Assembly: GCA_965287045.1 (NCBI GenBank) | Contig: OZ336885.1 | Span: 13,330,001-13,394,000 of the forward strand | DNA length: 64,000 nt | Source of the DNA: Carcharhinus amblyrhynchos | Lineage: Eukaryota | Direction of reading: 5' to 3' | Shown here: piece by piece, positions 38,805-50,760 of the stretch | Position numbering within the stretch: position 1 is the stretch's first letter | How the letters are laid out: each line of letters begins with the position of its first letter | The notes under the pieces: generated by a model | What the model was told of the DNA's origin: nothing | The model's input: only the letters and a program-made list of their open reading frames with translations | Databases searched by the model: none | Program-made: the position numbers and the translations under genes

Positions 38805-40215
38805 TTTGATTTAATTTATTATTGTCACATGTATTAGCATACAGTGAAAAGTATTGTTTCTTGCATACTGTACAGACAAAACATACTTTTCATAGAGAAG
38901 GAAATGAGAGAGTGCAGAATGTAGTGTTACACTTATAGCTAGGGTGTAGAGAAAGATCAACTTAATGCAATGTAAGTCCATTCAAAAACCTGATAGCAGC
39001 AGAGAAGAAGCCGGTCTTGAGTCCGTTGGTACTTGACCTCAGACTTTTGTATCTTTTTCCCGAAGGAAGAAGGTGAAAGAGAAAATATCCAGGATGTGTG
39101 GGGTCCTTAATTATGCTGGCTGCTTTGCCGAGGCAATGGGAAGTGTACACAGAGTCAATGGATGGGAGGCTGGTTTGCATGATGAATTGGGCTACATTCA
39201 CGACCTTTTGTAGTTCCTTGCAGTCTTGGGCAGAGCAGGAGCCATATCAAGCTGTGATACAGATGCACCATAGAATGCTTTCTATGGTGCATCTGTAGAA
39301 GTTGGTGAGAGTTGTAGCTGAAGTGCCAAATTTTCTTAGTCTTCTGAGAAAATAGATGTGTGGGCTTTCTTAACTATAGTGTTGGTATGGGGGTCCAGGA
39401 AGGTTGTTGGTGATCTGGACACTTAAAAACATGAAGCTTTCGACCCTTTCTACTTCATCCCCGTTGATGTTGACAGGAGCATGCTCCTCTTTATGGAAGG
39501 CGAATGGGATGCTGGCCTTCATAGCGAGGGGGATTGAATATAAAAGTAGGGAGGTCTTGCTGCGGCTGTATAGGGCATTGGTGAGGCCGCAGCTGGAGTA
39601 CTGTGTGCCGTTTTGGGCACCGCACCTGCGCAAAGATATTTTGGCCTTGGAGGGAGTGCAGAGGAGGTTTACTAGGCTGATACCAGAGTTGAGGGGATTG
39701 AGCTATGAGGAGAGGCTGAATAAACTGGGCTTGTACTCGTTAGAGTTTAGAAGAATGAGGGGAGATCTCATTGAGACTTATAAGATGATGAATGGGAGGG
39801 ATAGGATAGAGGTGGAGAGACTCTTCCCGCTCAAAAAAGACAGTAGGACTAGGGGGCACAGCCTCAAGATAAAAGGGGGGCGGTTTAGAACGGAGTTGTA
39901 GAGGAACTTCTTCACTCAAAGGGTGGTGAATCTCTGGAATTCTCTGCCCGTTGAAGTGGTGGAGGCTGCCTTGCTAAATATTTTTAAGACGCGGGTTGAT
40001 GGGTTTTTGATAAGAGAGGGGATTAAGGGTTATGGGGAGAAAGCGGGAAAGTGGAACTGAGCAGCGACAGATCAGCCATGATCTTATTGAATGGCGGGGC
40101 AGGCTCGAAGGGCTGGATGGCCTACTTCTGCTCCTATTTCTTATGTTCTTATGTTCTTATGTTCTTTATGCTTCCTGAAGTCGATGACAATCTCTTTCGT
40201 TTTGTTGACATTGAG
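38805..40215 (-). mobile_element. Rex1/Babar-like LINE 3' end, host of a nested CR1
   Basis: LFHLLPSGKRYKSL..FFSAAIRFLN; INGDEVERVESFMFL. Confidence 0.85.
39496..40162 (+). mobile_element. Young CR1 3' end with 8-bp TSD
   Basis: TSD TCTTTATG at 39488-39495 and 40163-40170; (TTCTTATG)n tail. Confidence 0.93.
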
Positions 40216-41384
40216 TTACAAGTAGGCTTACATTCACACTGCAATGAAGTTACTGTGAAAATCCCCTACTGTGAATTTCCCATTGATTTGACTAGCCTGA
40301 CAGGAAATGGTCCCATTTCGGGAGGGGGTGGTGATAGGTACTGGTGGATTAGCAGGAAACTGATTCAAAGTGGAAATTCACTGCTTAAAACAAGATTATT
40401 ACTTAACTCATTTGCAAGAAGTAGAACTTCTAAACTATCATAAATCACTGAATAGGCTTCAGCTTGAGTATTCTTTCCAATTCTGGCTACCACACTTTAG
40501 GAAGGATGCTAAGGACTTGGAGAGGTACGGGGGAGATTTATCAGAATCATTAAAAATTGAACAATAATCCAAAAGAAAAATATGAATTTAAAGATTAAAA
40601 TGAGTAATGCAATCACAACCAGAATTGAGTGTGAACTTTAATTGCCACCTTTAAGGTGGCAGGGAGCTTACCAAGCTTGTGTCCCACCCTCAATAGGTGG
40701 AACACTTCATTAACATACTTAAATAGGCTCCCACAGTGAAAATGGAGACCTGATTTAAATGTTGCCCTTGCTGGCTAGATTTCTCAGGCTTGGGAAATCC
40801 GGCAGTAAAAAGGAGGCAAGAGTTGATTTATTCAGAGTTAAATCCTTTTGATAGAACTCTTTGAGTCAAGAAGAGCAGGAGTACTCCCCTCCCCACCTTG
40901 TCAAACTAAGGAAACCTTCCTAGCCTTGCCCAAGCCAATCACATGCTCTCTCCCCACTTCCGTGGCCTTCCCTTAAACATTCATCAATTCCTTGGCCTCC
41001 ACCCTTCCAATTGCCATTTCTTTCCTCTCCCTCACCATGTCCTGATGTTTCACCCACATCTAATTGCCATTCTCTTCCTCCCACCACCAACCCTTGATTT
41101 CTTGCTCCCACCCTCCTGATTGCACTCTCTTTCTCTACCACACTAAACCAAGGCCCAATCTGGAGCTAAGGAATATGTTGCTGATGTAAGATGAGATAAA
41201 TAGAGTGGGAGGGGACTTATGAGGAGCATCAATACCAGTCTACTTTTTGTGCTGTGAAATGTGTGTAATTCCTTGGTGTATTTGAAACTATTTTCATTCC
41301 AGATATAGTAAAAGGTGCCAGGTGCAATCAACAACATGATGATGCAGTTTTGCATCATTAATCCTCTTTCCACATCATATTTGG

Positions 41385-41675
41385 GTGGCACAATGGTATA
41401 GTGGTTAACACATCTGCTTCACAGTGTCAAGGACCTAGATACGATTCCAGCCTTGGGTGACTGTATGTTCACCCCACTTCTCCATGGGTTTCCTCCCACA
41501 CTCCAAAAATGTCAGACTAGGTTGATCACCCATACTAAATTGCCAAAGTGTTGGAGGATTAGCAGGTTAAATACATGGGATTATGGGGATAAGTCCTGGA
41601 TGGAATTGTTGTCGATGCAGGCTTGATGGGCTGAATAGCCTCCTTCTGCACTGTAAGGATTTTATGATTCTATTT
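41385..41675 (+). mobile_element. HE1 SINE
   Basis: Head and CTGCACTGTAAGGATTTTATGATTCTAT tail. Confidence 0.8.
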
Positions 41676-42133
41676 TATTCCATCTTGTACTGTGTCCTGT
41701 TTCATGCATCAGCTCTGTCCATACCAACCTGTTTGGCACTTGGTTTTACAGAACCTTAAACAAAAATATTTTATTCTCATGCTTACATCCTTTCAGAGCC
41801 TTGACTCTTCCCTATCACTGTAAGCCCTTCCTGAGCCCTGTGTTCCTATGACCCTTGTTTCCTGTACATCATCTTCCCTTTCTCCCATCATAGTTGTTTT
41901 CAGCACTTATACTCTGGAATTATGTTCTTAAATCTCTGCACCCTGCCAACCCAGAGTGGGATTTTCCATCTCTATCAGTAATGGGTATTGTTGCTTCTGG
42001 GACAGGAAAGTTTGATGTGTGGCCAAAAGACTTTTATTTGCCCTCCAAATTCTCCCATTCTATCCATGATGATGCCAGCCATGCAGCAGGATCAGAAAAT
42101 CCTAGTCTCAATCTTTTCCTTCAAGACTGTCCT

Positions 42134-42602
42134 TAAGAACATAAGAACATAAGAAATAGGAGCAGGAGTAGGCCATCTAGCCCTTCGAGCCTGCCCCGCC
42201 ATTCAATAAGATCATGGCTGATCTGTCGTGGCTCAGTTCCACTTTCCCGCCCTCTCCCCATAACCCTTAATCCCCTCTCTTATCAAGAACCCATCAACCC
42301 GCTTCTTAAAAATATTTAGCGAGGTAGCCTCCACCACTTCAACGGGCAGAGAATTCCAGAGATTCACCACCCTTTGAGTGAAGAAGTTCCTCCTCAACTC
42401 CGTTCTAAACCACCTCCCCTTTATCTTGAGGCTGTGCCCCCTAGTCCTACTGTCTTTTTTGAGCGGGAAGAGTCTCTCCACCTCTATCCTATCCATCCCA
42501 TTCATCATCTTATACGTCTCAATGAGATCTCCCCTCATTCTTCTAAACTCTAACGAGTACAAGCCTAGTTTATTCAGCCTCTCCTCATAGCTCAACCCCA
42601 AC
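42134..42602 (-). mobile_element. Young CR1 3' end
   Basis: Uninterrupted ORF2 C-terminus 42233-42601 ending ...GYGERAGKWN; (AACATAAG)n tail. Confidence 0.93.
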
Positions 42603-42659
42603 TCATATTTTTAGTAAAACTTTTGGGCATTTGTGTGTCTTTCTTTACTTCAATATCTC

Positions 42660-43222
42660 TGCAGCCACAGCAGGGAGCTCTGAAGCTTGTGTTGCCTGCC
42701 TGGTGCCAAAGTTAAGGACATCACCTCATGCTGGAGAGATACTTGCAGTGCGAAGAGATGGATCCAGTTGTTGTGGTCCATGTGGGAACCAATGACATAG
42801 CTAGAATTAGGTATGAGGTTCTGCTAAGAGAACTGGAAGAGTTAAGGTCCAAAGTAAAATGCAGAAAATCAAATGTAATCATGTCTGGATTGTTACCTAA
42901 GCAACCTGCCAATTGGCGTAGGGTGAAACAGATTAGAGAATTAAATGAGAGGCTCAAAATATGGTGTGGGAAGTAGGGCTGCGGACAAGGGTTTAAACTA
43001 ACTCAGGTGGGGGAGGCTTTGGTTGAAGGGAAACTTAGAAATCCAAAGGGAAATGTTGTAACATTGGAACAGCACAGTGATGTGGGTAAAGATGATCAAA
43101 GTGGGATACAAAAAATGTTCGTCAGTGAATAAAGTCAATGCAGAGACTAGACGTAAAAAATGAAATTAAAGATTCTTTACCTGAATGCACAAAGCATCTG
43201 TAATAGGATAGATAAGTTAGGA
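42660..43222 (+). pseudogene. CR1 ORF1 SGNH esterase remnant and start of ORF2 APE endonuclease
   Basis: VCCLPGAKVKD, VVVHVGTNDI, SGLLP motifs; then LKILYLNAQSICNRIDKL. Confidence 0.85.
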
Positions 43223-43374
43223 CATGATGGTGGAATTTTACAGCCTCGTTCAAGAGAAGCCAGAAATTCCCGCCCGAGGTCAACGGATATTTCCGTTGTC
43301 CAACCCTCGCCTGTTCCGATTCCATGGCAGGCAAGGAGTAGAATTTCAGTGATAGCGTTAAATGATTTAGATCT

Positions 43375-44340
43375 GCTAGCCTTTGATATTCAATAGCATG
43401 ACCATCCCCACTATCAATATCCTGGGGGCTTATCATTAACTAGACACTCATGTGAACTAACTATATGAGTACTGTGGCTACAAAGAACAAGTCAGAGCGT
43501 TGATTGGCATCCCTTCCACAAACAATCACATCCCTCACCACTGATGCACAGTGAACAATGTACAACATCTACAAAATGCACTGCAGGAGTGCACTAAGGC
43601 TCCTTAGACAACAACTGCCAAACCAACAACCACTATCTCCAGAAGACAAGGGCAGCAGATATAGAAACGTCACTGCCTGGAAATTCCCCTCCAAGTCACT
43701 AACCATCCTGATTTGGAGCTTTATTACCATTTCTTTACTGTTGCTAGGTTAAAATCTTGAAACTCCCTTCCGAGCAGCATTGTGGATGAGAAGGCAGCTC
43801 ATCACATCTTTCTGCAGGGCAACTAGGGATGGACAATAAATGCTGGCCTAGCCAGTGAAGCTAACTTGCCATAAATTAATTTAAAATGGACATTCTTGCA
43901 TTGGAGATGATACAGTGAAGGTTCATTAAATTTTACTCTGAGATGAGTAGGTTGTCCTATGTTGAGACGCTGAATAGATTGGTCTTGTATTCTCTGGCGT
44001 TTAAAAGAATGAGAAGTAATCTCACTGAAACCTACAAAATTCTGAAGTCTTGATATGTGGATACTAAGAGATTGTTTCTACAGGTCAGGGAATCTAAAAC
44101 ACAGACACCATCTCAGGATGAGGGGCCAATCATTTAGGACTTGAAAATTTCTTCAAAGGGTATGAATCTTTTAGAGCTATTGGATGCTCCGTTGTTGATA
44201 CAATGGAGGCTGGGGTTTACTGATATTTGAGTCTCAAGGGGAATTCAGGAATATGGGGACTGGTTGGGATAATACAGTGAAGCCCAAGATCAGCCATGCT
44301 TGTATCGAATAGCAGAGAAAAGTCTGTGGGGTATGGGGTC
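43375..44340 (+). mobile_element. Second-family LINE 3' end (to about 43880) followed by an old CR1 3' end
   Basis: IYKMHCRSALRLLRQQLP; tail GGGCAACTAGGGATGGACAATAAATGCTGGCC; then degraded CR1 LNRLVLYSL. Confidence 0.7.
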
Positions 44341-44829
44341 TTTCATATTTAACTTCAGCGAAGCAGTGTTTTGAAGTATTTCTTTCTATGCAAGTTATAA
44401 AAATTCAAGTCGTTGTTCATTGTGGATCTCTAAGTGTATTATTTTGTTTTAATGAAATCATTTTAAAAACAGCAACAGAAAACAATGGCCTTATTTCATA
44501 GATGACTCTGCATATATTCTGATGCTTAGTACTTGAAGAATCCCAGTCATTAGACTGACATAGGGAAATTGTCTTGTTTACATGTAATGGCTCCACATTT
44601 TACATTCAGGGAAAAGGACAACAATAAGGTAATTTGTTGAAAATGTACTGCTGCCACAGAAAAGTAGGCTATTCAGTAATTATCCTAGCTGCTTAGAATA
44701 GAGCAACAGCTTGATATTTGGTTTCTTTGATATCGTTGCTCTTTACTGCTGAAACTGAGCCAAGCTTTGAATTCAAATTCTTTTCACAGAATGGCTTCTG
44801 TCTGCAAATGCTCTGCAGAAGTAACCATT

Positions 44830-45032
44830 CAGGAAGTGTTCTAGCCAATCAGCTTCAGTTTTATATGGTGGTAAATTAGACTGTCCAATTGCAGTTGAGT
44901 TACTTTGGAGACTGACAGATCATCAAGCTTATGTGCCAAGCCCTTCTCTGAGTACTGAGTTACTGTCCACCATGTTTTTTTAAGTATTGACTTAACCCTG
45001 TGTTACAGTACAATGCAACCACAGAGGTAAGT
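44830..45032 (+). promoter_or_regulatory. Candidate alternative promoter/first exon, or 18-nt microexon (45009-45026)
   Basis: ETS CAGGAAGTG, AGCCAATCAG, TTTTATAT, ATG at 45013, consensus donor AG|GTAAGT at 45026/45027; repeat-poor context. Confidence 0.35.
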
Positions 45033-47889
45033 ACCAAACAGTTTCTTTAAGCTACTTTTAAAGTGTTCAAGCTTATTTACATGTACTTTTATGATCTGGC
45101 TGTTTTAAAAAAACTAGCAAACCAAGTACTTTCAGTAGTTGCAATGCTAGTTTTTACTTTTTGCTTCCCTTGGTCACATGTTACTGCCATCCTGTTCAGT
45201 AGTGATTCTGTTTAAAGTGTGATCAGCTGTATTTTAAATACATTCCTAAAGGAGGGTGAATTGACTTTTGGTTCATACTGTACTGATCCTCACTAATCAA
45301 TTGTAGTGGCCTAGCTTCTCTTTAACTGAAGGTGCTTGCCCTATTGTGTAGCTGAGTCACATGCCTGTTGGTGGGCAAATAGAAGAAGCAGATTGCTGCC
45401 CTACAGGGAGTCAAAGCAGGCATTAGCTAGTTTGAATTGCAAACAAGATCAGCATCGTCACTAAGAAGGTAGGATACAGATTGCGCTGTCACAGAATTAA
45501 ATGCAAATCTGCTTCTGTAAGCATATATTTCAGTATATCCCTTTTAGCGTGGCAAAACAAAATGGCAATTTTCATGGGGGAGGGGTAAATGGGTGAGCTT
45601 GGAAAGGAACTTATGCACTGTAATTTTGAGATTAAATTAGAGACTGATTGATTATAGTGTAGTATGTGATGTATACAGCCACAACCAGGCTTTCAGAGAA
45701 GGAGGCTGTTTATACCTGTGTATGTGATGAATACCTTTGTGCAGAAAAGACACACTGAGATCCATACATGTGCAATCAACAGCACAAGAATGAGGTATAC
45801 AGATGTGTATGCATCTATTTTTAGTGTTCAATGACACAATGGCTTTGTTTAGTAATTATGAATATTATTTATTCTATTTGTGAATGCAAACTTTATTAAT
45901 GCACTGTTTTTTCCTGTTTTATTTTCTCTCTATTAGCTGTAGTTAATTTGAATACTTGAGGATCTTGTCCTTGTGGCTCCTGCATCAATAAGGTTTTCCT
46001 CTTGATTGGGAGGATAGGAAGTTCTGGCCTGTAACCATCCACCCTGAATGTTGCCATTGCTTCTCTATCTTCATCTTACAATGCAGAATTTCTCTTCTTC
46101 CCAGGCAACTTGGCTGAAACTATCACATTTAGTATCTTATGTATTGTGATTTGATCTATAGTTGCCAGGTGGACAGAGTGGCACTATAAATTGGTAATAG
46201 TTTCCTTCAGTGCTTTTAATTGTTGAATCTGCTTTATTTCACTCTACAATGAAAACACCCCAGTTCAAATGGATTTTGGATAGCCTGGGAAGAAAAAGAG
46301 TTAACTTGTTACCATAGTGTTCTGCAAGTGTGAGTGCAGAAGGAATACAAGATGTCAAGGAAATCTGCTTTTTGCAGCTCTCTTCCAATTGATTTGAATT
46401 AAATACGGTACTGCAACAATCACTTAAAACTATTTTTATTCTAAAGTAAAGCATTAAATTACTAGAACAGTGTGTGCCTCTACGAAAATATATTCTTGTT
46501 CTTCATTTTTATCTAGTCCTTTTCGCACTTAGCTACACAGGGAAGCATATGCAACAATGAATTAGACATTAGGGTATTCTTCCTGATTTCCCCTTGCTGC
46601 CCCTGTGCGGGGGCAGAAGCGCAGACGATTGTTAAAAAATGTCAATGCCTGCAGCAATGCAGCTGTAATCAGGAGTTAATAGTGTTAGGAATCGTGGAGA
46701 CAATCACGTAGCAAGCCACTTTATGGCATTGTGCAGCCAATGTGCACTGCATTTCCAGCCCCTCTCTTTAATGCTTATTGGTTCTTATAATGTGCACAAT
46801 TATCAGCCAAGAGCCAAAACGAACTTTAAGCATTTTGATAGTGTAATGCTGAAGGAAGGAAGATGCTGTAAATGTCTGCCAGTTGAGTGAATGGGTTCTG
46901 AAATTGGCCCTGTCAGTTGGGCCTGTCCTATTCTTTCTGTATGTCAGTTAAAATATATGCTCGCATTCAGTTGTATAATTGATTTTATAATCAATTGTAA
47001 AGAGATTAAAAACTGGAGAAGTGGCATAAGTAGCTGAGATTTGCCAATGCCTAGTTTTTTTGGTTTCTTCAATCCTAACCGCTGTGCACAAAGAAAATGT
47101 TTAATTTAATGAACATTAAAATGTGAAACAAGTTACTGGTATTTCAAAATATTCCCACCCACCCCCCTCATAGTTTAAGATTACTGTAAATAATTTTGGC
47201 GGTTGATAAAACATTGACTCATCTCAGAAGGTTCTAGATTTTTTTCAGTTGCTTGATTCTGGTTTCACTTTCCTTTTCCTTTTTCAAAAATGTAGAGTCT
47301 TATTGTGGCCAGTGAGTTAATATATTGTTTGGGGTGCTGTGGTACTGAGCCGTTCAGACAAGCAGGGCCCAGATGGGTTCTATTTCTGATGTCTGCAGAG
47401 TTAGTTAATCTCAGCTGGGCCATCAGGTGAGGGCGCTATATTAGGCCTCTGTATTCCATCAAATAGCGAGCCTTAACTTGATTGCTGTCCAATCACTAGA
47501 ACTGGACAATAGCACTTTGAGAATACAATAAAATTATTTGCTGTAACAGTGCAAGGCTGCAGGCTCTTGCTTCGAATTATTTGGCAAGTTACTGGGCTGC
47601 TGACGTCATGTGTAGTTCCATCACTATACTTTTGGTTTGAGTCCTTTCACTAACCTTTTAATTCTACTCACAGCTTGGACCTCCTGCCTCAAAGTCCTGT
47701 TAACATCTCTCACGTACGCCATTTTTCTTGCAACTCAGTGTTTCCGATCAACAGTCATAATACTGAAATGACCATGAGCAAAATCACATGTGGCATCTTA
47801 TGAGAATGTGGCTACAGTGGACCTTCAAGAATAGTTCTTTTTGACTTGTTTGCAGCTTTTGACACGATTAATCTCACTATTGTCTTTTT

Positions 47890-48590
47890 AAAATACATTA
47901 TTGGGATGCAGGCATTGTTGGCTAGTCTAGCATTTAATTGCCCTTGGTGGTGAGCTACCTTCTTAAACTCCTCCAGTCCATGTGGAGTAGCTGTGCCCAT
48001 AGTACTGTGAGGGAGGACATTCCAGGATTTTGACCCAGTGACAATGAGATAATGGCAATATAGTTCCAAAATCAGGATAGATTGTGGCTTGGAAGAAAAC
48101 CCCAAGGTGATAGTGTTCCCATATGTCTGTTGCCTTTGTCCTTCTAGACGGTAGTGGTCATTGGTTTTGGAAGGTGTTGCCGAAGGATCCTTGGTGAGTT
48201 CCTGCAGTGTGTCAGAGGTGAAGGGAGTGAATGTTCGTGGACAGAGTGCCAATCAAGTGGGCATGGATGGTGTCAAGCTTCTTAAGTGTTGTTGGAGCTG
48301 CAATCATCCAGGCAACTGTACTCCATACTCCAACCATACTCCAACTTGTGTCTTGTAGAAGGTGGACAGGCTTTAGGAGTCAAGAAGTGAGTTACGCACC
48401 ACAGGACTCCTAGCCTCTGATCTGCTCATGTGGCAACAGCATTTGTATGGCTAGTCCAATTGAGGGTAGGTAATGTTATTGAATATAAAGGGCTGATGGT
48501 TAGACTCTCTCTCTCATGGGAGTTAGTCATTATCTGGCACCTGTGTGGTGCAAGTGTTAATTGCCACCTGTCTGGATATTGTTGTGGATG
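47890..48590 (-). mobile_element. Second-family LINE 3' end
   Basis: GSKSWNVLPHSTMGTATPHGLEEFKKVAHH. Confidence 0.7.
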
Positions 48591-48659
48591 AGCAGAAATT
48601 TCTCTCAACTAAATTTTGGGAAGGATAAAAGCATTGTCTTTGAGTCCTGCAAAATCTCA

Positions 48660-49330
48660 ATATTTTAGCCACTGATTCCAACCCTCTCCCTCATTATGGA
48701 GGCTGAGCCAGACCAATTGCGAAATCACTATCCAATTTGAATCTGAGATGAGCTTGCAATCACATATCCACTCCAACACCAAGCCTCATTCTTTCTACCT
48801 CAGTGACATCACTTGCTCTCTCCCATCCCAGCACATCTGAAACCCTCCACCATGGCTTTGTTACCTCAGCAGTTTGGTTCCAGTGCTCTTGTGGTTGTCC
48901 TTACCATCTCCTATCCCAATAAACTTGAACTCATCCAAAACTCTGTCTATATTCTAAATGCATCAAACTCCATTCACTTTATCACCCTGAGGTACATTGG
49001 CTTCTTGCCTGTGAACACTTTCATTTTAAAATGATCACCTTTGTTTTCAAATGCCTCCGTAGTCTTCCGCACCCCCCCCACCCCCTGCCCCTGTAATCTT
49101 CTTCAGCCATATAATCCTCTGAGATCCTTATGCCTCACCTTCTGTCACTCAAACTGAATTAATATTCCCTTCTGACTCCTCTGCACCTTGAGTTGGAAGT
49201 TTCAGCAGCTGTATCCTATCCTGAGGATTCCTTCAGAGAACTGTGTTGCTATGCTATCTCTGTCCCTACCTTCAAAAGTTTCTTGGAAAAAATATTAGCT
49301 TAGATCAGGCTTTTGGTTTCCCTGAAATTG
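48660..49330 (+). mobile_element. Degraded L2-like LINE 3' region
   Basis: KLELIQNS and LHWLPV-like remnants. Confidence 0.5.
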
Positions 49331-50727
49331 CCTCACATTTTGATTGTCCGTTTCTTTTCTTTGCGCTCCCCCACCACCACTGCAAACTAATGTGAAAAAC
49401 TTGTGTTGTAATGTGTTCTCTTTTTAATATTTGAAAAATTTTCAATTGCAGGAACTCGTGTTACACAAAAGTGTGTTTGAGGAAATGTAATGCCACGTAT
49501 CAATGTGTGCATGATCTGTAGAATTTTCTGTGCCTCAGTAGTAATAGAAATCTGTCAGGCTGCAATAATACAATGATGCCTGGTTAACAGTTGTAACGTG
49601 GTGGCCAGTATGCCAATCAATAAGCCTGCACTCCTGGTGCACAGAGTTGTTCCTTTACAAATCATGAAACTTGAGGGCCTAGCCCACGCTGTAGGCCAAC
49701 AGAAACGTCAGGAGGTGGTGATAAATCTTGTGTTTTTAAAAATCCTATAGATTGTAGAAGGAAGGGAGGGCCTGAGGAAAAGAGGAATTCTGCACTTTTT
49801 GAGGCTTGATCTATGTCTGTGTGACTGGGTCAGAAGCCAGACAATAGTAAGGAGTACGTGCTAAACAGCTCTTTGGTAAATACGAGCCAAATTCAAGTAG
49901 AGGCTGAGCAGGCAGTCTGCAGTGGAGTGGGGGAGGGGACGTGAAGCATATTCAAAGAAAAATAAATCGTGCACCCAAAACCGCCTGGCCAATGAGTTTT
50001 TAAGCTTGTGGACTTCATAGTGCATGGCAGCCACCACTTTTTCTTTTCTTTGAGACACTATGAAAGGAATTTGGTTAAAGTCTCCCGGGAGGGACAGGTC
50101 ATTTAAATAAGTTGTTAGTCCGCATCAAAGAGCTTGATTTTTGAATGGTTTTCTTTGCTCATTTATCAAGTGCCTAAACTTCTATTTATTGAAAGAATGG
50201 TAGAAACCATTTTTACACTGGCATGGTTACTTTGGGTTATTCTAACTTGCAGTGTTCAAACTTAAAGTACCTTGAATGTTCACTCTCAGCCACAGGGCCT
50301 GAAGCTCTAGATTAAATATCTTGCCGAAGTAGGTTAAATGTAGCAATTGGCTTCATTTTCATGTGCCATATTTCCCCTTTCCTCCCCCGTGCCTCATTTA
50401 ATTTGCTGCAGAAGAAAGAACTTTTGAAATGATGACATCAACTCCTGTACCACGAGCTGACCAAGAATAAGATTCTTTGGCTGGACCTACCCAAATCTTA
50501 TTTTGTCTTTCAATATTTCTAACAAAGTTAAAAATGGCTGCACTGGTAGGGCCTACATGCAACAGCAACGTGTAATGAGAATCATAATTGCAAATGCCAC
50601 ATCAAAGCAGTGCTGTGGAAGACTAATTTTTTTGGCAGCCTTTTAGATCCCCCCCCCTCCCCAATATCCACCTCATGTAATTGTCTGTCTGCATGTTATG
50701 TATGCATGTTTTCCTCTTACAATCTAG

Positions 50728-50760
50728 GCTGCAATGCAGAAAGATGCTGTCTGTAACAAG
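50728..50760 (+). other. Candidate 33-nt alternative exon
   Basis: Two TGCATG upstream, pyrimidine tract, TAG acceptor, AAG|GTAGCA donor; frame-preserving. Confidence 0.3.

Noticed and set aside
42728-42976. SGNH esterase as a host enzyme gene
   Set aside because: Frameshifted CR1 ORF1 domain directly upstream of the ORF2 endonuclease start
46971-47000. AT-rich imperfect palindrome
   Set aside because: Short and AT-rich; compatible with chance
49553-49590. Hairpin as a pre-miRNA
   Set aside because: Stem too short and imperfect; no known mature miRNA recognised anywhere in the window
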